64,000 nucleotides of DNA from Polyangiaceae bacterium. GTDB lineage: Bacteria > Myxococcota_A > Polyangia > Polyangiales > Polyangiaceae. Below, one piece after another: positions 8,901 to 19,581 of the stretch. Location of the stretch: NCBI GenBank assembly GCA_044376115.1, contig JBILLK010000012.1, forward strand, positions 194,990 through 258,989. The letters are read 5' to 3'. The notes under the pieces were generated by a model. The model ran no database searches and was not told the DNA's origin. It saw only the letters and a list, made by a program, of their open reading frames with translations. Each line of letters opens with the position of its first letter. The first letter of the stretch is position 1. Both the position numbers and the translations under genes were made by a program.

Positions 8901-9949
8901 GGGCGAGCTGGTTGGTACTTTGCACTTTGGTGTTGGTTGGCTGCCCAGATGAGAGCACCGGAAGTGGGGGCAGCGGAACGGGTGGCGCCCCAACAGAGCC
9001 TGGCTGGCAGGTCGTCTTCGATGACGGAGAACTCAATGGAGCTCTGCTATCCATTTGGGGGACAGAAAAGAAAAGCGTGTTCGCCGCAGGCGGTCCACTT
9101 CGTAACGGGGGCCGAGACGCACTGGCCCTGCACTTCAACGGCAATGCCTGGACCGACCTGAATGCCGGCGGCGACGACAGCTTCTGGTGGGTGCACGGTA
9201 CGAGCGATAGCGACGTTTGGTTCGTGGGGGAGAACGGCCGCATTAGCCACTATGACGGGACGGCCTTCACCGAGCATGACTCCGGAACCACCGCTACGCT
9301 TTGGGGAGCCTATGCGTTCGCACCTGATGATGTTTGGGTGGTCGGCGGAACGGTCGGTGGAGCGTCGACCACGCCCGACGACATCGTTTTGCACTACGAT
9401 GGGACAGCTTTCACCGCCGTTACTCTTCCCGGTGAACCGCTCGGGCGGGCGCTATTCAAGATCTGGGGCACCAGTTCCGACGACCTATTCGTGGTTGGGG
9501 AGGCTGGGATCATTTGGCACAAGGAAGGCGCTGAATGGGTTAACCAAAGCGATCCGCCAGTCGCGAACGGCACACTGACGACGGTGCACGGCTGCTCCAG
9601 CGATGACGTGTACGCCGTCGGCGGTCGCGACGTTCTCCACTTTGACGGGACCGCTTGGTCAAAGGTGGAACTGTCTTTGGGTAATGACGTCAACGGGGTC
9701 TATTGCGCTGCGCCAGACTCAGTAGGCATCACCGGAATGGGTGGCCTAAAGCAACGACTCGTAAATGGTGAGTGGCAGAACGAGTTCGCCTCGGACCCCC
9801 ATGGGGACCTGCACAGCATATGGGCGGATGAAGAGGGTTCGTTCTGGGTCGCTGGTGGGGACTTCATCACTGGGGTGAAGCCCAACCAGCCGCGCAACGG
9901 GATCATTGCCCGTTACGGTCAAGAGTTCATTCCTGACTCACTTGAGTAA
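8897..9949 (+). CDS. Beta-propeller repeat lipoprotein
   Basis: Lipobox LVGC; about seven repeats of the L..(I/V)WG....DVW.VG..G...HYDG..W type; GTGA overlap with the upstream gene. Confidence 0.75.
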   Translation: MRASWLVLCTLVLVGCPDESTGSGGSGTGGAPTEPGWQVVFDDGELNGALLSIWGTEKKSVFAAGGPLRNGGRDALALHFNGNAWTDLNAGGDDSFWWVHGTSDSDVWFVGENGRISHYDGTAFTEHDSGTTATLWGAYAFAPDDVWVVGGTVGGASTTPDDIVLHYDGTAFTAVTLPGEPLGRALFKIWGTSSDDLFVVGEAGIIWHKEGAEWVNQSDPPVANGTLTTVHGCSSDDVYAVGGRDVLHFDGTAWSKVELSLGNDVNGVYCAAPDSVGITGMGGLKQRLVNGEWQNEFASDPHGDLHSIWADEEGSFWVAGGDFITGVKPNQPRNGIIARYGQEFIPDSLE

Positions 9950-9953
9950 TCGC

Positions 9954-11261
9954 CTACCCCTCTTTGGCCGCTAAGGCGCGCTGCACAATGAAACTGGCGT
10001 GTGCGAGGGCATGGTCCAGATCAAAGCAGCGCTTGACCTCAGCCTCGGAGAGCACCTCAATCACTGCTGGATCGGCGAGCAAGTTATCAAGGAAAGCACC
10101 CTCGCCGTGGAAGGCCTTCATGGCGCTCTGCTGCACGAGTTCATAGGCCTTCTGACGCGGCCGCCCCTTCTGAATCATTGCCAGCATCACAGCCTCACTG
10201 AAGAAGAGCCCGCCACTCTGGTCGAGGTTGTGCTTCATCGCCTCGGGATAGACGACTAAGCCGTCTACCATCCCTGCAGCCCGATCGAGCATGAACGCCA
10301 AGGTGGTGGTTATGTCAGGGACGAACATCCGCTCTACCGAGGAATGCGAGATGTCTCGTTCGTGCCAGAGCGCGATGTTCTCGAGCGCAGCCGGCACGGC
10401 GGCGCGCACCACGCGGGCTAGTCCACAAAGGTTCTCCGAAAGGATGGGATTGCGCTTGTGAGGCATAGCGCTCGACCCCTTTTGACCCTTCTGGAACCGC
10501 TCCTCCGCCTCGCGCACCTCTGTACGCTGCCAATGCCTCAAGTTCGTGGACAGGCGTTCAATACCTGCAGCAACTGACGCCATGGCGAAAAACAAGCTGG
10601 CGTGACGATCACGCGCAACCACCTGAGTGCTTACCGTCTCAGGTTCGAGTCCGAGAGCTGCAAGCGTCTTCCGCTCTATCTCGGGAGTGAGATGAGCATA
10701 GGTGCCAACAGCACCGGCGAGTTTGCCTACAGCGATCTCGCGACGAGCCGCACAGAGCCGCGCTCGCCCTCGTTTCGCCTCCGCGAGGTGACCTGCGAGC
10801 ACCACCCCAAAGGTAACTGGCTCAGCATGGATGCCGTGGCTCCTCCCAATCATTGGCGTCTTCTCGTGCTCGCTTGCGCGCTTCGCCAAAGCATCGATAT
10901 AGCGGTCGCAACGCTCAATCAGTTTATCAGTCGCGCGAACCAGCAAGAGAGCAAGGCTCGTATCGAGCACGTCACTCGAGGTCATTCCAAGGTGGAGAAA
11001 CCTTGCAGGCGCGCCTGCCAACTCTTCAACGTGGGTAAGAAAGGCGATCACGTCGTGTCGGGTGGTCTTCTCGATCTCCTCGATACGTGTCGGATCAAGT
11101 TGGAGGTTCAGAGACCGAATCGTGCCCGCTGTCCCCGCTGGCACGCGGCCGTCGGCCTCCATGACCTCACACGCCGCTAGTTCCACCGAGAGCCACGCCG
11201 CATACCGCGTCGACGCCGACCAAAGCTCCGCAAAATCGTCCGGGGTGTAGCGAGGGATCAT
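9954..11261 (-). CDS. purB: Adenylosuccinate lyase
   Basis: [34 protein letters not shown] signature. Confidence 0.97.
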   Translation of the reverse strand: MIPRYTPDDFAELWSASTRYAAWLSVELAACEVMEADGRVPAGTAGTIRSLNLQLDPTRIEEIEKTTRHDVIAFLTHVEELAGAPARFLHLGMTSSDVLDTSLALLLVRATDKLIERCDRYIDALAKRASEHEKTPMIGRSHGIHAEPVTFGVVLAGHLAEAKRGRARLCAARREIAVGKLAGAVGTYAHLTPEIERKTLAALGLEPETVSTQVVARDRHASLFFAMASVAAGIERLSTNLRHWQRTEVREAEERFQKGQKGSSAMPHKRNPILSENLCGLARVVRAAVPAALENIALWHERDISHSSVERMFVPDITTTLAFMLDRAAGMVDGLVVYPEAMKHNLDQSGGLFFSEAVMLAMIQKGRPRQKAYELVQQSAMKAFHGEGAFLDNLLADPAVIEVLSEAEVKRCFDLDHALAHASFIVQRALAAKEG

Positions 11262-11308
11262 AAGCCCGCTTAGCCGTTCTCGCGGCAGAGCGCGAGCACA
11301 ACAGCTGG

Positions 11309-13165
11309 CTACTTCTTCTGACGCTTTTCGGCCTTCGGTCCGGCAGCGAGCCCACCCTCGCGCTCATCTGAAAAGCCCCACGCTTCACCGGTTGCCTTGT
11401 CGCGCACGATGATCTTCGCATCTCCCAGCGCCATCGCCGAGGGTTCGAGCGTGTGGCCCAGCTGCTTCAACGCTGTCTTGGTTGCCTCGGGCAAACCGCG
11501 CGCACTCTCGATGCGCACGACATCGGGCAGCAGTTGATGGTGAACACGCCCTCGGGTTACCGCTTCGTCCACCGAAAGCCCGAGGTCGATTAGGTTAATC
11601 AGCACTTGGGACACTGTATTTGGAATCGTGTCCCCACCGGGCGAGCCGGCAACGATCTCAACCTGCCCATTGCGACTTACGATCGTTGGGCTCATTGAGC
11701 TTGCCATTCGTTTATGTGGCTTCACTTCATTGGGCCCCGTCTTCGTGAATGCACCTAGAGCGTTCGAGAAGAAAACACCGGTGCCAGGAATCATCACCTT
11801 GGAGCCGAACGCCGCGGAGAGTGTGACAGTGCAAGAGACCGCGTTGCCTGCGGCATCAACCACTGAATAGTGGGTTGTCTCAGGAGACTCCTTGGATTTC
11901 TGCCCAGTTTCAAAGGAGGTTGCGGGCGTGGCTTTGAGGGGATCAAGCTTTGGGATTCTGCTCGTAAGGTTCAATCCAGAGAGCAGCTTGCTGATATCTG
12001 CAGCCGAGGCGCCCTCCGCCATGAAATCAGGGTCAGCACCAACGCCTCGCCGATCAGCGTAGGCCCACTTGGCAGACTCGATGAACAGGTGGAGTCTCTC
12101 GGGCTCCGTGGCCTTGGACTGATGTGGGATTGATCGCTCGAGCGCAAGCAGCGTCTCGGCGACAGCTACTCCGCCCATCGAAGGCGGTGGCATTGTCTCG
12201 ACTGTAAACCCCCGGTAGCTGAAGGTGAGTGGCGCTCGAACTTTGGACTCATACGCGAGCAGGTCCTCCTTCGTTATCTCGCCGCCGTTTTTCTTCATTG
12301 CGGCGTCGATGTGCTCAGCTACCTGTCCCGAATAGAAGCCTTTCGTGCCGCGCTCCGATATGGCGGTTAAGGTAGACGCCAGGTCCTTCTGAATCACTCG
12401 GTCGCCGGCCTGCTTGGGGTTCTTTCCGTTACCCCAAACTTGCGCAGCCGCTGCGTCGCCTTTGAGCTTCGACCATTGCGCCTTCAGGCTCACGGCGGCG
12501 CGCGGCGATACCTTATGACCTTTACTAGCCAGACTTATCGCAGGCGCAAGCAGCTCAGCCAACGGCTTACTGCCAAAACGTTCGCGCGCCAGATTGAGCC
12601 CCGACACGGTTCCTGGAACCACCATTGAGGCATATCCGCCGGCCCCTGCTTCGACCTCAGCAATGACCTTCTCGGTTGTTGCAGTAGCTGGCGCTATCTC
12701 GCGAAAGTCGATTGCCACTGACTCGCCAGACTTTAGCTTCACGATCATGAAGCCGCCCCCACCTAGGTTGCCCGCGCTTGGATGCGTTACCGCAAGCGCG
12801 TAGCCAACGGCCACCGCAGCGTCGATAGCGTTACCCCCGGCATCGAGCACTTGAACGCCTGCGCGCGTTGCATTTGCGTCCACGCTCACAACTAAACCGC
12901 CGTTGGAGGCAACAGCCTGTTTGCCGCCGTAGCGGAGTTGAATCGGAGGAACGGGCGCGCTCGGAGCAGGGACCTCAGCTGGGACTTCCGGCCCAGCGAC
13001 GAGGGCAGACGCGGAGCTGGCCGGTTGGGAAGCCGCGGCCGACGCACTACTTGATTGAGCGGAGCTAGGCGCAACCCCACTGGGGTGTTGCGGAAGAGGG
13101 TCACCGCAGGCCAACAAAGATACCAGCAGCGACAGTCCGGTTGACCGAAGGCGTCCGCGCTTCAT
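11309..13165 (-). CDS. ggt: Gamma-glutamyltransferase (lipoprotein)
   Basis: GGNAIDAAVA, IDFREIAP, PPPSMGG, ETTHYSVVD nucleophile, SSMSPT, GSPGG. Confidence 0.93.
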   Translation of the reverse strand: MKRGRLRSTGLSLLVSLLACGDPLPQHPSGVAPSSAQSSSASAAASQPASSASALVAGPEVPAEVPAPSAPVPPIQLRYGGKQAVASNGGLVVSVDANATRAGVQVLDAGGNAIDAAVAVGYALAVTHPSAGNLGGGGFMIVKLKSGESVAIDFREIAPATATTEKVIAEVEAGAGGYASMVVPGTVSGLNLARERFGSKPLAELLAPAISLASKGHKVSPRAAVSLKAQWSKLKGDAAAAQVWGNGKNPKQAGDRVIQKDLASTLTAISERGTKGFYSGQVAEHIDAAMKKNGGEITKEDLLAYESKVRAPLTFSYRGFTVETMPPPSMGGVAVAETLLALERSIPHQSKATEPERLHLFIESAKWAYADRRGVGADPDFMAEGASAADISKLLSGLNLTSRIPKLDPLKATPATSFETGQKSKESPETTHYSVVDAAGNAVSCTVTLSAAFGSKVMIPGTGVFFSNALGAFTKTGPNEVKPHKRMASSMSPTIVSRNGQVEIVAGSPGGDTIPNTVSQVLINLIDLGLSVDEAVTRGRVHHQLLPDVVRIESARGLPEATKTALKQLGHTLEPSAMALGDAKIIVRDKATGEAWGFSDEREGGLAAGPKAEKRQKK

Positions 13166-13251
13166 GGGGTGGGTGTACCAGACTCCACGTCAGAAGAAAC
13201 GACCGCGCGTCACTTCGGCTTCCCGGAAAGTGATGCGTTGTAGTCGCGCCC

Positions 13252-14766
13252 CTACTTTCGATGCTTGTCGTGTCCTAAAAACGCGTCAACCTCAGCCTCG
13301 GCCTGCTCGAGCGTGGATGGAGCGCGCTCAGCAATACGGACCTTCGATGCCTCTGACGGCGCCAAACGCATTGGAGGCCGCGCCGCCAACACCTGGGAGA
13401 GCTGGTGAACATCGTATTCCAGGGCTGGGTCCCGTGACGCATGCAACGTTCGCTTGCTTGGCTTTGGGAACAGATGCCGAACGATCGAGAGACCAAACGC
13501 AAGCCCGATACAGATAACGGGAATCTGGGCCCACAAGGTGCCACGCCAAGTGCCTAGATTAAGGAGGAAGAAGAAAGCCGCTATCACTCCAAAGATGGCG
13601 CCTTGTCGCTTGACCTTGGCCATCGCCTCTTCCCTCTGGCGATCACTTCGATCCACGGCGCCACGGTTCGACAGTTCGTCCATCGCCATATGCAATGAGA
13701 CCTCGTCGATTCCAACCTCGCGGGCAGCTTGCGAGATCTCGTCGTACCCGAATCGACGGCGCTGCACGGCGAGTGCGCGGTCGAAGATGTTGGTCATCTC
13801 CTGGGTCGAGTATCGGCGTGAAAGAGTCAGCGGCGGCGCTGCAGTCGCTGAGGCTGGGGGCTGGCTCCGCGGCGGGAGATACGGTTGGCTGGGCGCTCTT
13901 TGTGGGGTCGAAACGCGCGTCGGACCAAGCGATTCGAGCATGGTCTCGAGTTCCATCACGATCTCTCGCATTGATGAATAGCGGTCCTCGGGCCTCTTCG
14001 AAAGAGCTCGCCGTAAGAGGTTAGCGAAAGGCGCTGGTATTTGTGCTTCGGCCGGCGGCGGAGGAGGGTCTTCAGCAATCACAGCCGCGATCACCGCCAT
14101 GGCATCTCCCGCCCAGGGTGGGCGACCGACGAAGAGCTCATACGCTGTTACGGCCCAAGCAAACTGATCGGCACGCCCGTCGACCGAACCTCCACGAATC
14201 TGCTCAGGCGCCATATACATCGGCGTTCCCAATTTGACGCCCTCGGCGGTGAGCGAAGCGAGGGAGGCCTCGGTTGGAGCCGAAGCATCTGCTTTGACCG
14301 CGGTTCGCCTAGCGATCCCGAAGTCGAGGACCTTCACGTGACCGTTGGCCTGGACGACGACGTTTTCCGGCTTGATGTCTCGATGAACGAGCTGTGCGTC
14401 ATGGGCTGCAGCCAGCGCCCTCGCCACCTCGAGCAGAAGCCGAATGCGAACCTCTGGCGCTTCCGCTACTCCGACGAATGCGCGAAGGCTCCGGCCCTCA
14501 ACCAGCTCCATGGCTACGTAGGGGCTGCCTTCATGCTCACCGACGTCAAAAACGCCCACGACGTTGGGGTGCGCGAGCTTGGCAGCCGAACGCGCTTCTC
14601 GAATCAAACGCTCTCGCGACGATGGGCCAGCTTCTTCATCGAGCAGCACCTTGATCGCGACATTGCGGTCGAGCCGCTCGTCATAGGCGCGAAAGACCCG
14701 ACCCATCCCGCCAGCACCGAGGACATCGTCAATGCGGTAGCGATCGAATCGGTCCCCGGGCTTCAT
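13252..14766 (-). CDS. Ser/Thr protein kinase with C-terminal two-TM region
   Basis: LGAGGMGRV, VAIK, HRDIKPEN, DFG, GTPMYMAPEQ; two hydrophobic helices near the C-terminus. Confidence 0.92.
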   Translation of the reverse strand: MKPGDRFDRYRIDDVLGAGGMGRVFRAYDERLDRNVAIKVLLDEEAGPSSRERLIREARSAAKLAHPNVVGVFDVGEHEGSPYVAMELVEGRSLRAFVGVAEAPEVRIRLLLEVARALAAAHDAQLVHRDIKPENVVVQANGHVKVLDFGIARRTAVKADASAPTEASLASLTAEGVKLGTPMYMAPEQIRGGSVDGRADQFAWAVTAYELFVGRPPWAGDAMAVIAAVIAEDPPPPPAEAQIPAPFANLLRRALSKRPEDRYSSMREIVMELETMLESLGPTRVSTPQRAPSQPYLPPRSQPPASATAAPPLTLSRRYSTQEMTNIFDRALAVQRRRFGYDEISQAAREVGIDEVSLHMAMDELSNRGAVDRSDRQREEAMAKVKRQGAIFGVIAAFFFLLNLGTWRGTLWAQIPVICIGLAFGLSIVRHLFPKPSKRTLHASRDPALEYDVHQLSQVLAARPPMRLAPSEASKVRIAERAPSTLEQAEAEVDAFLGHDKHRK

Positions 14767-14769
14767 GCG

Positions 14770-16404
14770 CTATCGGAAGCTTGGCGGGGGCTCGCTTGCC
14801 GAGACAAGTGATTTCGGAGCTCGCTCGGGATGCATCTCCACCATCATCATTGGTGCGATATGGAGTGCGAGAATGTCGGGACGCGGCGGCGCGGTGGTAC
14901 GGGCCATCCGCAGCGCTTCATCCATCGTACGAGCCGTCTCCCAACCCATAAGTCGCGGGATATACTCATTGTCGGCACCGACGATGATGACCCTGCCTGT
15001 GTGTTGCCGGCCCGCTTCGCCCCAGTACCACATGAAGAACGCGTGGGCTGGATGGTAAGCATGCCCTGACCGGTACATTTCAATGTACGCCGGGTTCGAA
15101 GCGAACTTCTTCTCGAATCGCTTGTGAAGTTCCATCCCGTCCCGGGTCTCGGGCAGGAGCCGGTGCACGAATTCGATGTAGGGCGCGTGCTGATCATTGT
15201 CGAACTTGTCGGTGCACGGATGCAGCGCAATCATCGTCCCGCCCTTCTTCAGCATGGGGGCGTTCTTGTAGAGATTGAACAAGTATCCGTTCACCATGAC
15301 CTGCACGAGCAGGGGATTGAGATAGGCGTGAACGTTGTAGGGGGAGATGTTGGGCACGCCCGTCACGAGGATGTCGGCTTGGCCCGTTACCGGCACAAGG
15401 TACTGATCGTAGCTGCGCTTCATCGTGTGCTTGTGCACCGCCTCAGTCTCTCCCGCCCAGACGCCCGTAACTCCATATGGCGCTGGGAATTTGTCGAAGA
15501 TCGCTTGGCGCATGCTCTGAGGCGTCTTGTCCAGCGCTAGCTTCAACGCGCGCAAAGACGCGCGTTCACGACCTGAAAGATCGTCCTCATTCTTACCGAG
15601 GAAGTCGAGCGGGCGATCGAACATGCGATTGTTGATCGTCGTCTCGATGGTGAAGATGCGCTTCTTCTTCTGCAGAAGGCGACCTTGTCGCTCAATGCTG
15701 GTGTTCAGCTCGCTCTTCGGCGGGTCCATGTAGGACCAGCAGTTACGCATCGTGCGCGGGTTGTGATGCGCAGCCAACGTCTTGTAACCACACAGACCGA
15801 CGGTCACCGATTTGTGGCCGCCATCCATCGGCACGAAGTTGAGATTGACGTAGATGATGAGGTCGCTCTCGGCGGCGCGGCGATTGATCTCGACGACTTC
15901 CCCTTCGTCTGTCGTACCGATGAGGGTGAGACCGTCGGGGGCCTCCGCGTCGTGGTTGTAGAGCTTCTTCGGCCAGAAGCGATCCATGATCTTGTCACCG
16001 ACCATGTGGCGCACCTCCCAGTCACGCATGCGCCGATGGAAGCTCGTGGCGATAATCATCTCCACGTCCTCCACCCCGTGATCGGTCAGGAGATCGAGCA
16101 CGATGGTGAGCACTCGTTCACGAATATCGGGCCGCTGCATGGGCGGCAGAGGCAACGAGATGTCGTCGATAGCGATCGTCACCTTCATACCCGACTTGAG
16201 CATCGCGTAAAGCGGCTCGGAGTTCTCGGGGTGGTTCAACGCAAAACGAATCGCCGCATCAACGTCCTTGAGCGGGGTCATCGGAGGTTTCGGGTACACG
16301 ACGCGGGTGCCCGTCGGCAGATCCACGTCCATGAGTTGGTCTCCGTAAAACAGGGTCCGCGGTGCGCTTCGACCGTCGAGGGTGACGACACAAGGGTGAC
16401 TCAT
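14770..16404 (-). CDS. Lactate racemase (LarA/DUF2088) domain protein
   Basis: IAIDDISLP, IATSFHRRM, YNHDAE and DGGHKS resemble LarA N-domain motifs. Confidence 0.7.
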   Translation of the reverse strand: MSHPCVVTLDGRSAPRTLFYGDQLMDVDLPTGTRVVYPKPPMTPLKDVDAAIRFALNHPENSEPLYAMLKSGMKVTIAIDDISLPLPPMQRPDIRERVLTIVLDLLTDHGVEDVEMIIATSFHRRMRDWEVRHMVGDKIMDRFWPKKLYNHDAEAPDGLTLIGTTDEGEVVEINRRAAESDLIIYVNLNFVPMDGGHKSVTVGLCGYKTLAAHHNPRTMRNCWSYMDPPKSELNTSIERQGRLLQKKKRIFTIETTINNRMFDRPLDFLGKNEDDLSGRERASLRALKLALDKTPQSMRQAIFDKFPAPYGVTGVWAGETEAVHKHTMKRSYDQYLVPVTGQADILVTGVPNISPYNVHAYLNPLLVQVMVNGYLFNLYKNAPMLKKGGTMIALHPCTDKFDNDQHAPYIEFVHRLLPETRDGMELHKRFEKKFASNPAYIEMYRSGHAYHPAHAFFMWYWGEAGRQHTGRVIIVGADNEYIPRLMGWETARTMDEALRMARTTAPPRPDILALHIAPMMMVEMHPERAPKSLVSASEPPPSFR

Positions 16405-16563
16405 GGGAGTTGGCCGATTCGCTTGGATTTGTCGGAAGGTCAAGTGAAACGCCACACAGAAGGCCGGCAGCCGTTCGGAGCAAGACGGAAGTGCCTAACC
16501 GATGCTTCGCAGCCAGTACTAGACACGGGCTATCGTGGAGGGGTGACCGCACGCAGGACGACG

Positions 16564-17355
16564 ATGTTTACGACTCGACTCGAGAGAGTGCGCAGCTGTT
16601 TGATTGCGACGTGCGTGCTCAGCGGTACGCATGCAACGCAAGCCTTGGCGGATGACGGGCCGGCCTCGGCCCTTGGTAACATGCTCGACGCGAGCCCGAC
16701 CATCACTTCAGTAGCAGTTGGTTCAGTGCTGCTCGCGGATCTTTCGTTCTTGCTGATCGGCACGCGCGACGCAATTCGTGGGCAGTCTTCAGAAGCGGGG
16801 TTGTACGGCGTGCAGGTTGGCGTAGCCGGCATTCAAACGCTTGGCTTCCTCGCCGCGCCTATCGCGTTTGACATCTCGCGGTGGCAACTCGGCGAGCAGC
16901 TCCTATTGCTGCTCCCAGCGCAGGTCATGGCAAGCACGCTCCTCAACCACGGAGTTTGGTCGCTGGTCGAAGACCCTGCTGACCCGGCGAGCCGATTGGG
17001 CGTGAGCTTCCTCGTAGGTGGCAATGCAGCGTTTACGTCCATTGGAATAGGAGGGCTCACGCGAGAAAAGTGGGCGCCTTGGGGGCTTGGCATCGCCGAG
17101 GTGGCCCATACGGTGCTCGCGGCCAGCGTCAGCGTCGAACGAATGGTCAATGACCAAGAACACAGGCCCGAGTGGGCTGGGCTGTTCGCCTGGTCGCTGA
17201 TTGGGCTATCGCACGGTGTTGGTTCGATCTTGGTTGGCGCTCCTGGGAGCCGAGTGAGCACGAAGGACGCACCGACCACAACAGCCCAGATATCGCCGTT
17301 CGTAGTTCCAACCCAAGCCGGCGTTGTCATTGGTGGCACAGGCTGGCTTCCTTGA
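16564..17355 (+). CDS. Hypothetical multi-pass membrane/exported protein
   Basis: Signal-like N-terminus (ALA-DD) and several hydrophobic segments; 3' part of the 15685 ORF. Confidence 0.6.
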   Translation: MFTTRLERVRSCLIATCVLSGTHATQALADDGPASALGNMLDASPTITSVAVGSVLLADLSFLLIGTRDAIRGQSSEAGLYGVQVGVAGIQTLGFLAAPIAFDISRWQLGEQLLLLLPAQVMASTLLNHGVWSLVEDPADPASRLGVSFLVGGNAAFTSIGIGGLTREKWAPWGLGIAEVAHTVLAASVSVERMVNDQEHRPEWAGLFAWSLIGLSHGVGSILVGAPGSRVSTKDAPTTTAQISPFVVPTQAGVVIGGTGWLP

Positions 17356-17477
17356 TCGAGCCGGGAGTTGTTTGGCTACGTTTTCTTTTTCGCGACCTCG
17401 TCCTCCTGGGTTCGTCTTCTCCCCGTGAGAGTTGATCTGGCCCGCGCGCGCTTGGCATACCGTGGTAGGGAGCGCCG

Positions 17478-19544
17478 ATGAAGGTGGCCTTGGTATACCC
17501 CCCGGCATGCGACCCCACCGCGCCGTACCTCTCTGTCCCGACGCTTACTGCCCAGCTGCGGCGACGAGGTATCGACGTTCTTCCGATCGATGCGAACGTC
17601 GAGGCCTTTGACTCCATCCTGACCGCGTCGCGGCTGCGAGAACTGCGAGACACGATCGAAACTCGGCTGGACGAGCTCGCCAAGCGTGATCATCTCCCGC
17701 ACATAGACCAGCTGAACTACGTGGCCATGGTTCGCGCGTTGCCTGCAGCCTTCGCCGTGCCTGAGCTGATCGAGGACGCCAAGGCCACACTTCGAGATGC
17801 ACATCGCTTCGCTGAGCCAGACAGCTACGACCGTGCGACTGCGGTGATTGATCACGCAATGACCGTGGTTAGCGCCGCCTATTCACCGCTCAAACTCGAC
17901 TTCACGACCTACCGAACTCCGTTCTCAATGCTCTCGATCGAAGAGGTTGAGAGCGACGCCCAAAGAGAGCGCAACCCGTTCTTCGAATGGGTAGAAACAG
18001 TGCTTGGTCCGAGGTTGCGTGCGGCTGAGGTGAACCTGGTAGGACTCTCCGTCTGTTTTCCTGGCCAACTTCAACCAGCGTATTCCTTCGCGCTGCAGCT
18101 GAAGCGCTTGCTCCCAGGAGTCCACCTAACGGTCGGCGGGCCTGGCGTTACCCAAATGATGATTCGCTTGCAGGGGCATGCACTGGCGAAGGCGCTCGGA
18201 CCCTTTGATTCAGCCATCCTCTACGAGGGCGAGGGGCCGCTCGTTGCCCTGATTGAAGCGCTGGAGCGCAAGAGCCCCCTGCGAAACCTCGAGAACGTCG
18301 TCCTCCGCGACAAGCTCATGGGCGCGCGCTTCACCGCAGGACACGGCATGCAAGACCTTCGGGAGCTTTTGGCTCCCGACTTCGACGGGCTCCCGCTCAA
18401 CAAGTACTTCTCCCCGTCGCTGGTACTTCCGTACGATCCAACGCGAGGCTGCTACTGGGGCAAGTGCACCTTTTGTCACTACGGATTAGCGGAGGTTGGT
18501 ACGGCTGCGTACCGCGAAAGGCCCGTTGATACCGTAGTTGACCATTTGGAGGAGCTACGCCAGAAGCACGGCACATCCACCTTCTACTTTTCTCAAGATT
18601 CGGTTGCGCCCAAGACGCTGCTCAAACTCGCCGACCGCCTCGTCGAGCGCAAGGTTGCCCTGCAATGGGCTACCGACCTAAAGCCCGAAAAGTACCTAAC
18701 GCAAGAGCGCGCTGAGCGACTCCGCCTCAGTGGAGCGGTGGCATGCGCACTGGGCGTTGAGTCAGGAAGTCAGCGTGTGCTGGAGCTAATCGACAAAGGC
18801 GCGCCAGTGGAGGTAGTTGGTGAGGTGATTGACCGCCTTGCCCATGCCGGAATTGCCGCTGAAGCGATGTGCTTTACGGACTTTCCAACGGAGACCAAGA
18901 GCGAAGCGCTCGAGACCCTCGAGTTCCTCGACAATAGGCGCGAGAAACTTGGGCTGTTCATTGTCGGCGAATTTGGGCTCACGCACGGCGCCCTCGTCGC
19001 GCAGAACCCTGAGAGTTTTGGGCTAGAGGAGCTTTGGCAACTCAAAGGGGACGAGTTTGGACTCGGCCTCTTCTTTCAACCGAGAGTGCCAGCTAAGTCG
19101 ATGGAAGACCGCGAAGCGGTAGACGATCGTCTCGCAGAGGTTTCCGATGGGTTCCTACTGCGCAGGTATCCTTGGGCAGGCGCGGTTTCGACAGCTCACA
19201 CGATCCTCACCTATGCGGCACGAGGTCCGGACGCCTTTAGAACTCTCAGTTCTTCAAGGGTCGGGGTAGACCTACCCGCAATCGACCTAGAGCTTCCGTT
19301 CGACTTTTCAAAGGCTGAGCTCGCAGAGGAGCATGAAGGGGTGGTGTGGCACGAGATAGTGCACAATCAGCGTCAAGTTTCGCGCGGCTTGTACCATGAG
19401 TTGGTTAGCGACCTTCCTTCGTTACCAAAACGCCCTGCCCGCTACCGCGTTGGGGAAGAGGTAGTCAGATTACGGCTCCCAGCACGGCGGCCCGACACGT
19501 CTACCAACCGGGCCGGCAGAGCTAGGCGGGCTGGGCCAACCTGA
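17478..19544 (+). CDS. B12-binding-domain radical SAM protein
   Basis: MKVALVYPP...PYLS, VGLSV, TVGGP, TRGCYWGKCTFC (CxxxCxxC), GVESGS. Confidence 0.88.
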   Translation: MKVALVYPPACDPTAPYLSVPTLTAQLRRRGIDVLPIDANVEAFDSILTASRLRELRDTIETRLDELAKRDHLPHIDQLNYVAMVRALPAAFAVPELIEDAKATLRDAHRFAEPDSYDRATAVIDHAMTVVSAAYSPLKLDFTTYRTPFSMLSIEEVESDAQRERNPFFEWVETVLGPRLRAAEVNLVGLSVCFPGQLQPAYSFALQLKRLLPGVHLTVGGPGVTQMMIRLQGHALAKALGPFDSAILYEGEGPLVALIEALERKSPLRNLENVVLRDKLMGARFTAGHGMQDLRELLAPDFDGLPLNKYFSPSLVLPYDPTRGCYWGKCTFCHYGLAEVGTAAYRERPVDTVVDHLEELRQKHGTSTFYFSQDSVAPKTLLKLADRLVERKVALQWATDLKPEKYLTQERAERLRLSGAVACALGVESGSQRVLELIDKGAPVEVVGEVIDRLAHAGIAAEAMCFTDFPTETKSEALETLEFLDNRREKLGLFIVGEFGLTHGALVAQNPESFGLEELWQLKGDEFGLGLFFQPRVPAKSMEDREAVDDRLAEVSDGFLLRRYPWAGAVSTAHTILTYAARGPDAFRTLSSSRVGVDLPAIDLELPFDFSKAELAEEHEGVVWHEIVHNQRQVSRGLYHELVSDLPSLPKRPARYRVGEEVVRLRLPARRPDTSTNRAGRARRAGPT

Positions 19545-19581
19545 ATTTCAGCTTCCATAGACAATATTGCAGGGAGGAATC

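Noticed and set aside
15685..16563. 5' extension of the 556-aa plus-strand ORF
   Set aside because: It overlaps the LarA-like gene in antisense; protein-like sequence starts only near ATG 16564
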